DNA of 63,474 bases, counting the filler, from Octopus bimaculoides (Eukaryota), in NCBI RefSeq assembly GCF_001194135.2. It is 7 parts of 5 records of this genome, joined end to end, with 100 filler letters (N's around TTAATTAATTAA, not from the genome) between each part and the next. Parts side by side here need not be neighbours in the genome. Positions count along the whole stretch, not along the records: positions 1 to 25,906 come from NC_068987.1; 6 more parts are not named here. One strand, given 5' to 3'. A model generated the notes under the pieces. It ran no database searches. It saw only the letters and a list, made by a program, of their open reading frames with translations, and was not told the origin of the DNA. A program made the translations under genes and the position numbers. Below are positions 1-12,712 of this stretch, in pieces (positions within the stretch are counted from its first letter, which is position 1; every line of letters begins with the position of its first letter).

Positions 1-34
<34 letters not shown>

Positions 35-332
35 GGAAATAGATGTAACTCGAATGTGGAATCTAAAAAACAGAAACAATTCCTATTATAGTAGGTGCCT
101 TAGGTATAATAAAAAAGATATTCAGACAAATACATAACAAAAACACCAGGACTTACAAATATATATAACATACAGAAAATTGCACTACTGGGCACAGCAC
201 ACATCCTACGCAAAACACTTTCAATACAGTAACCATAAGAACACCACAGCAAACCACAGCACATACCCAAGGCACACAGAGCTGCGCTCGGTAGTGAAGT
301 GAAAGCACGTTATAGAAATAAAACTACTGATC
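35..332 (+). mobile_element. 5'-truncated R4/Dong-like non-LTR retrotransposon (3' end of RLE domain plus 3' UTR)
   Basis: With two frameshifts it reads EI..RMWNLKTETIPIIVGALG...IQKIALLGTAHILRKTLSIQ* (stop 230-232), the typical C-terminus of R4/Dong-type RLE ORFs. (AAT)n lies on both sides. Confidence 0.65.
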
Positions 333-588
333 AATAATAATAATAATATTGATGATGATGAGGATGGTGATGATGAGGATGATGATGATGATATGAAGAA
401 GACGACGACCGATGACAAAAATGTAAACGTGTCATAGTTAAGTAACAAAGTCATATGAACAGACACAGTGAAGTAAACTCATACTTGTTTATCAACTCAT
501 GCATGTATATATCGTGTATATTATGGATAGACTGAGAGGCGGCATATATTATATGTAACGCTATATACATATATACACAGACGTACAT

Positions 589-738
589 GTGAATATATAT
601 GTATATATATGTAATACACTTATATCTATTGAAACATACATGCATAGATGCATATATCCATATACATACATACATACACACATACATACATACATACATA
701 CATACATACATACATACATGCATGCATGCATGCATGCA

Positions 739-770
<32 letters not shown>

Positions 771-1130
771 GATGTAGTATGTGCAGTCTTTCAATAACAT
801 ACAAGACATATATACATGCATGAATTGATATCATACTGCATGTGTGTGGTGGTGTGTGTGTGTGTGCGTGTGTGTGTGTGTGTATGTTCGCGTGTGTGTG
901 TGTGTCTTTATCTGTAGAAGAAGGAATTTACATATTTTCGCGCGTTATTCTGTGGGTGTGTTAATAGTATGCATATATATATATATGTTTGTGTGTGTAT
1001 ATACATAAACATACATATGTGACTGCATACACATACATATATATGAGGTATAAACACACACACACACACACACACACGTACATTCACACACATATTTGTA
1101 TATGGGGAGCGAGAGAGCTGCAGCAGCAGC
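589..1130. repeat. Compound (TACA)n/(TG)n/(CA)n/(CAG)n microsatellites
   Basis: Direct reading. Confidence 0.95.
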
Positions 1131-1311
1131 AGCAACCGGATACACTCAACCTAATAAGAGATGCGCATATTTCTATCTTCAAATTGGGAAATGTCTTTGT
1201 GAATGAATGAATGACTGCAAGTAAACTTTAGAATAGATTTGAAAATAAATAAATAAATAAATAAATAAATAGATAATCATTAAATCAGAAACATTGAGCA
1301 GTTCAATTGAA

Positions 1312-1349
<38 letters not shown>

Positions 1350-3568
1350 TGAAGCACTCACGTACATGTGAGTGCGTGTTTGTGTGCGTGTGTGTGTGTG
1401 TGTGTGTACGTATGTATCTATGTATGCAGTAATGCACTTGACTAATTCCTTATTAACAGGATAATACTGGATCACACAAAACTAAGAAAAAGAACCATTT
1501 ATATCTTTGGAATGATTCCTTAAGTACGCATTTCAGTTCGCATCCCCATTTCACTGACTTGTTCATTGTACATTGTTAATGCAAAGTATTTGCATGAAAC
1601 ATGAAGAAACTATCAGAGAAATGTCGTTAGCTTTTAACTAGACTGTAAATATCATTTGTAAATCGCAACAGAAATACACACTGGTTTAGAACGGGGGAAC
1701 GTCAAGATTATCACTCGAATCACAAGAAATAGCAGTCAAATAATACTCATGACATATCCTAACATGCTCAAAGATTAAGGACACAGAATAGATAAAATAA
1801 TCCAAGATGCCACCACAAAAAACGAGATGATCATAGGTTTGAGTTTCCTACTTACACAGCAAAAACTAAGCTATTTCAAATCAATTCTCAATTACATTTT
1901 AATTTTATAATTTGTCTTTTACATTTAGGTTAATTGTTAAAATGAGCAGGTTTAAGGAAAAATCTAATTCACCAAACTATTTCTACTCTTTAGATGAAGA
2001 GAGCAGTATAACGGAACTCGCTTTATTTTTTTTTATTTTTATATTTAGACTATAATAAAATTCTTGTCAATATTTCTGACGCAATGAACATATAACTTGA
2101 ATAGGTTAATTCTTTATCTTACAGAAAACCTAAATTTTTTAGATGGATTTGAAAAATTCATAGTATAAGTAAACAGTACAAATATCAATATTTAAACTGA
2201 GAATTAATAAGAATCAAAAAATGCAATTAATAAAGTTTTAAAGTTCAGTTTACGTCTAGAAATAGTTTAATTTAAGTTTTTGGTTGCATTTTGCGTTTTA
2301 GGTAACGAAGAGCAGAATCAATTGAAACGTTTGCAAATACTTTGTGACAGATGGAAGAAAGGAATTTACCTTTCCATCCTTCGAGATTTCACTAAATGCT
2401 TGCAACAGAGTGAACACCGCTAAGATACCTGAGCATGTGCGTGATTTCATTGCCGTTTAAAAACTCCAGTGGGCACAAGAAACTCAACACTGTTGTTAAC
2501 TATTAAGCTATTACATTTGCAATATCGGTTAAAACCTCATATTACCATATGATAGATGTGAACAAGAAAGAAGTAATAAAATAATACATTATATATGTAA
2601 TCACTCTAAGAGATGAGAGAACAACAGAGTATTTCTGAAGCCTCAGTGTACAACTGAAGAATACTTCGTTGGGAAGTTCAAGTAGGGCTAAAACTTAAAG
2701 AGCCGGCTTCTAAACTAGAACCAAGGCTCCTTCACAGCAATTTCAACATCAACAACAGAGTATTTTTATATGTATGCATACGGGAAGATTTGTATGTTTT
2801 GTTTTATGTATGTCTTCTCGTGCATATACTAGCTTATCTAGAGCTGCTCATATATATACTTAAATGATAAACTTCTGGAAAATGTTACAGATTTTTTCAG
2901 TTCCAGTGATGACTTGTATCTGTAGCTTTCGCCTTTCTGGTTCTGAGAAGCCTAATTTCTCAAGATTGGTATTTAGGCAGTATGTATGTGTGTATGTATG
3001 TATGTATGTATGTATGTATGTATGTATGTATGTATGTATCTATTATCACACGCCTACAAGCATAAACACGCACGTATATATCATATAAGTACACACATCT
3101 TGAAATTTGAATGATATTCTGTTATGGAGAAATTCTTTTGCTTCTTTTGCTCCCATTTAGCAGAAATACTTTTCATTCGAATCACAATGATGTGTTCAGT
3201 AGGTACTTAGTGATAGAAGGGATCTTCTTAACGGTTTTATTGTCAGACGAGTAGTACTTTTGAAATAGCTTTATCTCCAGCTTTAATTTTGAGTGTAATC
3301 TGTTGGAGTTTAAGCTCAAGTTACTGATCAGATGACAGAACTTTTGTTCTGTTGCATTCTACCAAAGCTCTGGAAAATATAGGCATGTGTTTTCAACGTA
3401 AATTATGTTACATATCGCGTTCTTCGATTGCACTTGAAATCTTCAAAGAAAACTGAATAACATACAAACATATAAACATACATACAAACTTACATATATA
3501 CATGCATACATATACATATATACAAATAAATAAATATATATGTATATATGTGCATATGTATATGGAGA

Positions 3569-3600
<32 letters not shown>

Positions 3601-3622
3601 TGTATCTGTACATATACATGTG

Positions 3623-3666
<44 letters not shown>

Positions 3667-3984
3667 CATAATGGGGTTGGAAAAAATAGTGGAAACACCT
3701 AGCATCATAGCACCATAATTTTGAAATATTTATAAAACCGTCAAAAGTTCGTTTGTTTTTGTTTTTTGATTTATTATTAGTGTTACTGGATATGTTTTGC
3801 TAAAATTGCTGTTTCTTTTCAGATATCATCAGAAAAAAAGTAATTAAAATTCATTAAAATGACAGATCTATCGGGCTTTCAAAGAGAGTTCAAATTGTTG
3901 GCGCTCGTATATGCGCGTATACATATATACATATATACATATATACATACATACACATATATGTTCTTCGTTTCTTTTGTTTTT

Positions 3985-4712
3985 TTAATTGCTTCAGTCA
4001 TTTGAGTGCAGCCAAGCTGGAGCACCCCCTTTAGTCGCATAAACTGACCCCAGGACTTAATCTTTGTAAGCCTAGTAGTTATTCTATCGGGTTCTTTTTT
4101 GCCGAACCGCTAAGTTACGGGGACGTAAACACAGACACACGAATACATACATACATACATGCATACATACATACGTATATATATATATATATATATATAA
4201 AAACAAATGGTAAATGAGTATATGCATATACACGTACAGGTATGTGCGTACCGACATCCACCTGTATGTATAGGTGCATATCTGGGTACAGGACATTGCA
4301 AACAAAACGTAGACGAGCAAACACACAAGCCAAATAGAGAACATTCTACTTCATCAGCTATCCCCGTTTTAACACCGGCGTTTCGAAGAGCTGGGCAGGA
4401 CGCATCGTTAAAACAGCTCTTCCCATGGACCGCACATATATAAATATACATATCCGTATATATGTAGTTGAAATTTACAGAAAAACAAAAGACAAAGACA
4501 GGTGAATAAACAACAAGCAGGTATACGAAGTAATAAGGAACACGGGAAAATAAACAAACAGAGAGAGAATAATAAAACTTCTAGATTTAGCGGTTAATCA
4601 CGGCGACTAATATATTTATAAACGCGCGGACTTCTTTCATTTTCCGTCTACCAAATCCACTCAGAAGAATTTGGTCGACCCGAGGATAAAGTAGAAGACA
4701 CTTGCCATGGTG
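3985..4712 (-). mobile_element. SINE family B copy split by an internal microsatellite and a ~350-bp insertion
   Basis: 3' half (CAGTCATTTGA..GCTAAGTTACGGGGACGTAAAC) at 3985-4140; 5' half (CCAAATCCACTC..GTAGAAGACACTTGCC) at 4627-4712. Both match other B copies in the window. Confidence 0.85.
4265..4620 (-). mobile_element. Penelope-type pseudo-LTR-like relic
   Basis: Shares GAAAC...CTGATGA...GTCCTGT(A/G)CCCA(G/C)ATATGCA with 28470-28696; 9-bp stem at 4385-4393/4414-4422. Confidence 0.45.
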
Positions 4713-4858
4713 TGTATAAATATATGCGTGCAGGGGCGTGTCCAATTTTTACACGTGCATATTAATATTTGTAATCGAAATAATAATAATAATAATAATA
4801 ACAATGATAATGGTAATGGTAAGAATAATAATGACAATATCCACAACACAACTGTCGC

Positions 4859-4920
<62 letters not shown>

Positions 4921-5229
4921 ATAAGTATATCTTCCAGTTTGAAATAAATAAATAAATGAATGTTGCCCTCTGGTTATAAACCAAGTACGTCAACGCCATT
5001 AAGTCTTAATGCTCGCGCGCGCACCTCCTTTTCTCTTTCGATATTATCCATTATAGTTTCCTTGGAGTTATCTCTCTTATATTGTTATTGCTGCATCAAC
5101 ATCGTTTCAATCAGTCACACACACACTAGAAGCCAATGACAGAATTAAATTGAAGCGCACTCTGACATACACTCGAATGCAGATAAAACCACAAGAATTT
5201 ATGCACACATAAATGCATACATACATACA

Positions 5230-5277
<48 letters not shown>

Positions 5278-6364
5278 ATAAGGGCATTACTATATAGTAA
5301 TGCCTCACGCTTAGAGGGACTAAATAAGTCAAAACTACCAAAAAATAAGCACATATTTACCGAAAGCGAGGNNNNNNNNNNNNNNNNNNNNNNNNNNNNN
5401 NNNNNNNNNNNNNNNNNNNNNNNNNNNNNNNNNNNNNNNNNNNNNNNNNNNNNNNNNNNNNNNNNNNNNNNNNNNNNNNNNNNNNNNNNNNNNNNNNNNN
5501 NNNNNNNNNNNNNNNNNNNNNNNNNNNNNNNNNNNNNNNNNNNNNNNNNNNNNNNNNNNNNNNNNNNNNNNNNNNNNNNNNNNNNNNNNNNNNNNNNNNN
5601 NNNNNNNNNNNNNNNNNNNNNNNNNNNNNNNNNNNNNNNNNNNNNNNNNNNNNNNNNNNNNNNNNNNNNNNNNNNNNNNNNNNNNNNNNNNNNNNNNNNN
5701 NNNNNNNNNNNNNNNNNNNNNNNNNNNNNNNNNNNNNNNNNNNNNNNNNNNNNNNNNNNNNNNNNNNNNNNNNNNNNNNNNNNNNNNNNNNNNNNNNNNN
5801 NNNNNNNNNNNNNNNNNNNNNNNNNNNNNNNNNNNNNNNNNNNNNNNNNNNNNNNNNNNNNNNNNNNNNNNNNNNNNNNNNNNNNNNNNNNNNNNNNNNN
5901 NNNNNNNNNNNNNNNNNNNNNNNNNNNNNNNNNNNNNNNNNNNNNNNNNNNNNNNNNNNNNNNNNNNNNNNNNNNNNNNNNNNNNNNNNNNNNNNNNNNN
6001 NNNNNNNNNNNNNNNNNNNNNNNNNNNNNNNNNNNNNNNNNNNNNNNNNNNNNNNNNNNNNNNNNNNNNNNNNNNNNNNNNNNNNNNNNNNNNNNNNNNN
6101 NNNNNNNNNNNNNNNNNNNNNNNNNNNNNNNNNNNNNNNNNNNNNNNNNNNNNNNNNNNNNNNNNNNNNNNNNNNNNNNNNNNNNNNNNNNNNNNNNNNN
6201 NNNNNNNNNNNNNNNNNNNNNNNNNNNNNNNNNNNNNNNNNNNNNNNNNNNNNNNNNNNNNNNNNNNNNNNNNNNNNNNNNNNNNNNNNNNNNNNNNNNN
6301 NNNNNNNNNNNNNNNNNNNNNNNNNNNNNNNNNNNNNNNNNNNNNNNNNNNNNNNNNNNNNNNN

Positions 6365-6989
6365 ATGCATGCATGCATGCATGTATGTATGTATGTATGT
6401 ATGTATGTATGTATGTATGTATGCATATATGTATCATGTATGTATGTATGTTTGTATGAATGTATGTATGTATGTATGTATGTATGTATGTATGTATGTA
6501 TGCATGCATGCATGTATGTATGTATGTATGTATGTATGTATGCATATATGTATCATGTATGTATGTATGTTTGTATGTATGTATGTATGTATGTATGTAT
6601 GTATGTATGCATGCATGCATGTATGTATGTATGTATGTATGTATGTGCGTGTGTGTGTGTGTGTGTGTATACCCACACACATAGGCATATATATAAATAT
6701 ATATATATATGCGTAGACACATACACACACATATATGCATATAAAGATAGATGCATAGATATAGATAGATAGATAGGTAGACAGATAGAAATCCATTCAT
6801 ATAAAAACACGCGGAAACAGTGATGCCCACATGTATATTGATGTATGTATATATATATGTGTGTGTGTATACATATATATATATACACATACACACAAAC
6901 ATATATACACACACATATATATACATACACACATACAGAGACATATAGTCAAAATTTAAATCCTTATTCCATACGTACTTTACCCACAG

Positions 6990-7053
<64 letters not shown>
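6365..7053. repeat. (ATGT)n array with higher-order repetition, followed by (TG)n/(TAGA)n/(TA)n
   Basis: TGCATATATGTATCATG recurs at 6422 and 6541. Confidence 0.95.
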
Positions 7054-7055
<2 letters not shown>

Positions 7056-7930
7056 TGGTGTGCGAGCACGCAATGCGTGTCTGTTTTATAATATGTATAA
7101 TTAAAGACGGTTAATTAGCACTGACATATTCATTTCAGCAGCATGCACGAGTTAAAATTTTGCTGTGATCGACTGTGTCTTTCCTCCTTCCAGAGTTGAT
7201 AATAAAATACAGTCTGGAGTCGTGGACTCATAATGCTTTGGTCTGTTCCAACGCTTTTTCTCTAAATCCAAATGCTGCCTGGCACTTAGATATTCCTCTT
7301 TATACATTATATATTTTGCATATAATTTATTCTAGTAACCAGTGAAACCCTACGTAGCAAGTTTCCTCAGTTCTGCTCACTATATAATATAATTACTCTA
7401 CCTTGTATTGGTTTCTCTATATTTCAATTGATTTTGATTAAAGTTCACACATATGGGCATAAATTCTTATGACCTCAACAACATACAATTCTCGCTCGCT
7501 TGTAAGAATAAAGTTCCTAAATTGGATAACAAACTCTGGAGGATTGTTTTGTTCCAATGGTAGAACACCTGTCCATTAATAAGAGATGTGTGTTCGAGTC
7601 CTGGACAGCAGCCTTCGCCTTGTGTAAACAAAGCGTTTTTGACCCGATATTTACAGTCTGGTATTTATAGCTTTATCTGAGATCCACCGCTCCAAAAACG
7701 AATTATATATATTTATCATATATACACATACACGTGCACTGGACATTCTTACTTAACTCACCCCTACTATATTTCACCTACACCCAGCCAAGATGCGACT
7801 CAAAAAATTCGCACTGATTCTGAAGCAGCTTCCAATGAGAATATACCAATCTTGTATCTTTCAAAAGCAAGAAAATTCGAACAATACTCATCTCTAAAAT
7901 AATGATGATGATGATGATGATGATGATGAA

Positions 7931-7971
<41 letters not shown>

Positions 7972-8060
7972 TAATAATAATAATAATAATATTAATAAAA
8001 ATAATAATAATAATTTACATGATTAGCAGGCAGATAGGATCCTCTAAATCGTTTGAAATG

Positions 8061-8276
8061 TTGATTTCAAATTTTGGCACAAGGCCAGCAATCTCTGGTG
8101 TTGGGGGTAGGCCGATGAAATCGACATTGTGATCGATTTCATCGATCCAAATATTTGACTGGTACTTATTTTATTGACCTCGAAAAGATGAAAGGTAAAA
8201 TCGACCTCGAACGTAAAGACGGACGAAATGCTGCTAAGCACTTTATCTGGTGTGCTAACGATTCTGCCAACTCGCA
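8061..8276 (-). mobile_element. SINE family A copy
   Basis: Reverse complement of the family A head (GCAGAATCGTTAGCAC), core (CTTTCATC..AATAAGTACCAG) and tail (CCTTGTGCCAAAATTTGAAA). Confidence 0.85.
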
Positions 8277-9146
8277 GTCATCATCGTTAGAAATACTGGA
8301 TATCGTTAACACAGAGAATTCCAGTGAAGGCACATCCTTAAGATATCCAACGAGTTAGCATTGCCTTTCCGGTCCTGAAAATATACTTTAGCATCTGAAG
8401 AATTATTGACACCAACGGAGCTCGGGTGCCCACAGTGGCCACCCTTCAGGATTATTGCACATCCATCTCGCAGTGGTCTCGCTCGATTACTATACACTTA
8501 GTCACAGATATGGTCCAACCTCTCATTGAAAGGAGTGCAGTTTTTCTTTCGCTTCTCTCTTTATTTTTTCTTCCGATACTGCAAAAGATTCTGCTGGAGG
8601 TAGTATGATCTTAAATTAATAAACCTTCTTTCTTAGAACATCGGAACTCTTATACTGCTTATGTTCTTTCTGTAGGAACATTGAGTGCATCAATCTCACT
8701 TGTTTCAGAGGCCCTGTGAAATATATGGGCGCAATCATCTGCTCAGTATCCAGCAATTATATACAAAAAAATCATACGTATACATACTTAATGCAATGTT
8801 TTTACCCCCCACCTAATGCATTTCAATGGCGTATCGATAACATTGGTCATTTTAATGTCGTCAACAGCAAAACACTGCTGGGATATGTGAGCGGACATGA
8901 AGAGCAGAGTGAGACAAGTACAAAAATGGACGAGGGTCTGTAGACCGAATGGTAAAATATTTAGAAGATGAAAATGAAGGTAGGTAACGAAAATAAACAA
9001 ATAAACGACACAGATATTACTTTATATGTATACTCATAAGGACTTTCGGCTACATGACAGAATTATAAACATGATATATATTTATATAAGTATACGCGCG
9101 CGCACACACACACACACATATCGTTGTCAAAATTAATCCTGAAGTT

Positions 9147-9356
9147 AAGGCGAAGATCTGGCAGAATCGTTAGCACGCCGAGCAAAATGCTTAGCAGCAT
9201 TTCCTCCGTCGTTATGTTCTGAGTTCAAATTCCCTCCGAGGTCGGTTTTGCCTGTCATCCCTTTCGGGGTCGATAAAAAAGTACGAGAATAAAAATGTAA
9301 TCGACTTAGCCCCTCCTCCGAAATTGCTGGCTTTGTACCAAAATATGAAACCAATG
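9147..9356 (+). mobile_element. Full-length SINE family A copy with 14-bp target-site duplication
   Basis: TSD TTAATC(C/T)TGAAGTT at 9133-9146 and 9357-9370; tRNA-like A/B-box head (TGGCAGAATCGTTAGC; GAGTTCAAATTCC). Confidence 0.9.
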
Positions 9357-9859
9357 TTAATCTTGAAGTTTCGCCGCTAGTTGCTCAAACGAACACTTCA
9401 AATCATCCACCGCTGAGAAAACTTCGAAGTCACTCTCAAGCATTTGCCATCGCTAATATTCATACGTTAACACATATTGAGATTTTACTCACCCTATGTT
9501 CATCGTTTTTATGAATTTAAAACACATTTTTAAACACACACACACACACACACATACAAACACACACGCACACACACACAAACACACAAACACACACACA
9601 CAAACGTATATATACATATGTACTCGTACAGACACAACTTCACATAAGCATAGATTCCTTTGCGTGTAAGATTGTGTATGTAAGCATGCGTGTGTATGGA
9701 TTGCTTGTGTGATTAGGCGATGGAAAAGTTTATTTCAATGTAGAAGCGATGAGAACAATAATTAGACGAGAAATAAGTACTTGTCGTGGAATCATCAACA
9801 ATTCACTGTCTGACAGTCGTGACATATTGGTTAATGGTCTCATCCAGAAGGTGTCATGC

Positions 9860-10142
9860 CAAAACAACAACCACAACAAAAACTCTTACTACTACGACTA
9901 CTTCACAGAAGCCAAACTACAACCACTACTACTACTACAACCACTAAAATCACAAATACCATCGTTATCATCTCAACCACCACAACAACTACCACCACTA
10001 CTGCCGCCGCCGCCGTCACCACCACCACCACCACCACCATCACCCTCAAATAATCTATCAACACTGTCATTACCATTCTGACATCAACACCACCATAGTC
10101 ATTATAATCAACATCACACTTAATATTATCATCACCAACACC

Positions 10143-10186
<44 letters not shown>

Positions 10187-10377
10187 CATCATCATCATCA
10201 TCATCATCATCACCATCTCTACCACCACTGCTGCCAACACCTCAGTTAAAACCACCACAACCGTCTAGATTATGATTATCGCAATAATCCATATCATCAC
10301 AAGCACCGACACCACCACTTATAGAACTACAGCCACTACTAAGGTAAGCATTCTGTTAATCATCTTCGTCGTCATCG

Positions 10378-10413
<36 letters not shown>

Positions 10414-11343
10414 CCACCACGACCNNNNNNNNNNNNNNNNNNNNNNNNNNNNNNNNNNNNNNNNNNNNNNNNNNNNNNNNNNNNNNNNNNNNNNNNNNNN
10501 NNNNNNNNNNNNNNNNNNNNNNNNNNNNNNNNNNNNNNNNNNNNNNNNNNNNNNNNNNNNNNNNNNNNNNNNNNNNNNNNNNNNNNNNNNNNNNNNNNNN
10601 NNNNNNNNNNNNNNNNNNNNNNNNNNNNNNNNNNNNNNNNNNNNNNNNNNNNNCCACTACCACCATCGTCATCATCATCATCACCGACAGCTTCGCTTCC
10701 ACTGAAACCCTCATTGACGACAACTATAGCCAGCACTGTGTCTACTGTTAAAAACCTACCATCGCCAACATTACCATCCTTTTAAACCGACAATACCATT
10801 GAAACCACCAACGCTATCATTATAATCACCTCTATTAATACAATCACTAAAAGCAGCACCACATTCATTATCATTATTCATCCTCCTCCTCCTCCTCCTC
10901 ATCATCATCATCAGCATCCTCACCATGAACACTGCCACTGTCATCTCTATTGCCCGTCATTGCCAGCACTTCATCGAAATGTCTGCATTAGTCTGACTTC
11001 AGAGATGACACTTTCCATGCAAGGACACCAGACCTGAATTGAATACTGGCATTGTCACAGCTATAAATGGGAAATAGACAAAACAACAAATGCTTTCAAC
11101 AACTAAAACATCCATGCTATTATCATTTACCCTTTTCAATGCTTGTAGTTGTTACCGTTGTCCCTAACAACTGCCTCGCCATTATTTATTTGTGCAATAT
11201 TTACAGCTGACTGCATCCACCCTCTCCCGCTTTCATTACACTCTTAAACAACTATCATCACAGTCCTCCTCTTCTTCTTCTTCCACCTCCTCCCCCTCCT
11301 CTTCCTCCACATTGATATACTCGTCATCGTCACTACCACCACC

Positions 11344-11404
<61 letters not shown>

Positions 11405-11460
11405 CTGCTGGCACGATCAATATGGTCGTTTTCCTAATCGACATCACCAACATAACCGTA
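9860..11460. repeat. Mixed triplet-repeat domain (ACC/ATC/ATT/ACT/TCC)
   Basis: Direct reading; interrupted by one N gap. Confidence 0.92.
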
Positions 11461-12654
11461 AACAAGTAATTAATGTATCTATATATACACATATATACAT
11501 ATATATATATATATATNNNNNNNNNNNNNNNNNNNNNNNNNNNNNNNNNNNNNNNNNNNNNNNNNNNNNNNNNNNNNNNNNNNNNNNNNNNNNNNNNNNN
11601 NNNNNNNNNNNNNNNNNNNNNNNNNNNNNNNNNNNNNNNNNNNNNNNNNNNNNNNNNNNNNNNNNNNNNNNNNNNNNNNNNNNNNNNNNNNNNNNNNNNN
11701 NNNNNNNNNNNNNNNNNNNNNNNNNNNNNNNNNNNNNNNNNNNNNNNNNNNNNNNNNNNNNNNNNNNNNNNNNNNNNNNNNNNNNNNNNNNNNNNNNNNN
11801 NNNNNNNNNNNNNNNNNNNNNNNNNNNNNNNNNNNNNNNNNNNNNNNNNNNNNNNNNNNNNNNNNNNNNNNNNNATATATATATACATATATATAAATAT
11901 ACATATACATATGTATGTATATTACCTGCCTGTGGCTATGTGTATATGTTAGAATAAGTTTAAGCATATGATTTATTGGTATATGTATGTGTGTGTATAC
12001 GATGTGAATCATTACGCATCCCAGAGTGAGGCAGAAAGGATGAAAAGAAGCCTTCGATCGAAATATGAAACAAGTATGCATTGCTTGCCATGTGGTGTGA
12101 CGTATTTAAGTTTGTGTTAGTTTAGTTTGTTATGCATGCCCAATAAGCCAGAGTGTATTGGTCACGATACATCGTCGCCACCCATGCAACAAACAGACTT
12201 ATCACCTTCACCACCATAATCATAATCAGTATTATCACTAACACCGAGTACAAAAGGACCACTGACAATAACAGGTTAAACGATAGTTGCAGGTAATGCA
12301 GGCTGGCAACGGAAGCGAAGTTGGAAGCGCCATCAGAACTTGTAGTCGAGTTATTTCAACTAAAATGACGCAGAAGATAGTATCATAATTTTGAAGCTAA
12401 TTAAATCAGATTCCAAAACAAAATGTTTCTGAATGGCTTAAGAAATAAATAGATAAATTCTTACACAAACTAGCGTTTAAATCAATGCTTTATTTTCATT
12501 GCTTTCTTGTTGCATAAAGATTGTTATTTCTATTGTTCATCATTTAATATATGCTTTACGTAAAGTTTCTGACGGCGATATACCCAGTGAACAACTTTCC
12601 GACTTTTCTTCCCCTATTAAATTTAGTTTTGAAGAACAGACAGATGGGCAAATG

Positions 12655-12712
<58 letters not shown>

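Noticed and set aside
2302-2422. ttttag|GTAACGAAGAG.. 40-codon open stretch as a terminal exon
   Set aside because: No recognisable homology and no partner exon; within chance expectation.
9147-9245. SINE heads as functional tRNA genes
   Set aside because: A/B-box-like motifs are present but there is no pairing cloverleaf, and they continue into SINE bodies.
9749-11437. Poly-Pro/Thr/Ser/His ORFs resembling mucins or formins
   Set aside because: Produced by mixed triplet repeats open in several frames on both strands; no splice signals or flanking domains.
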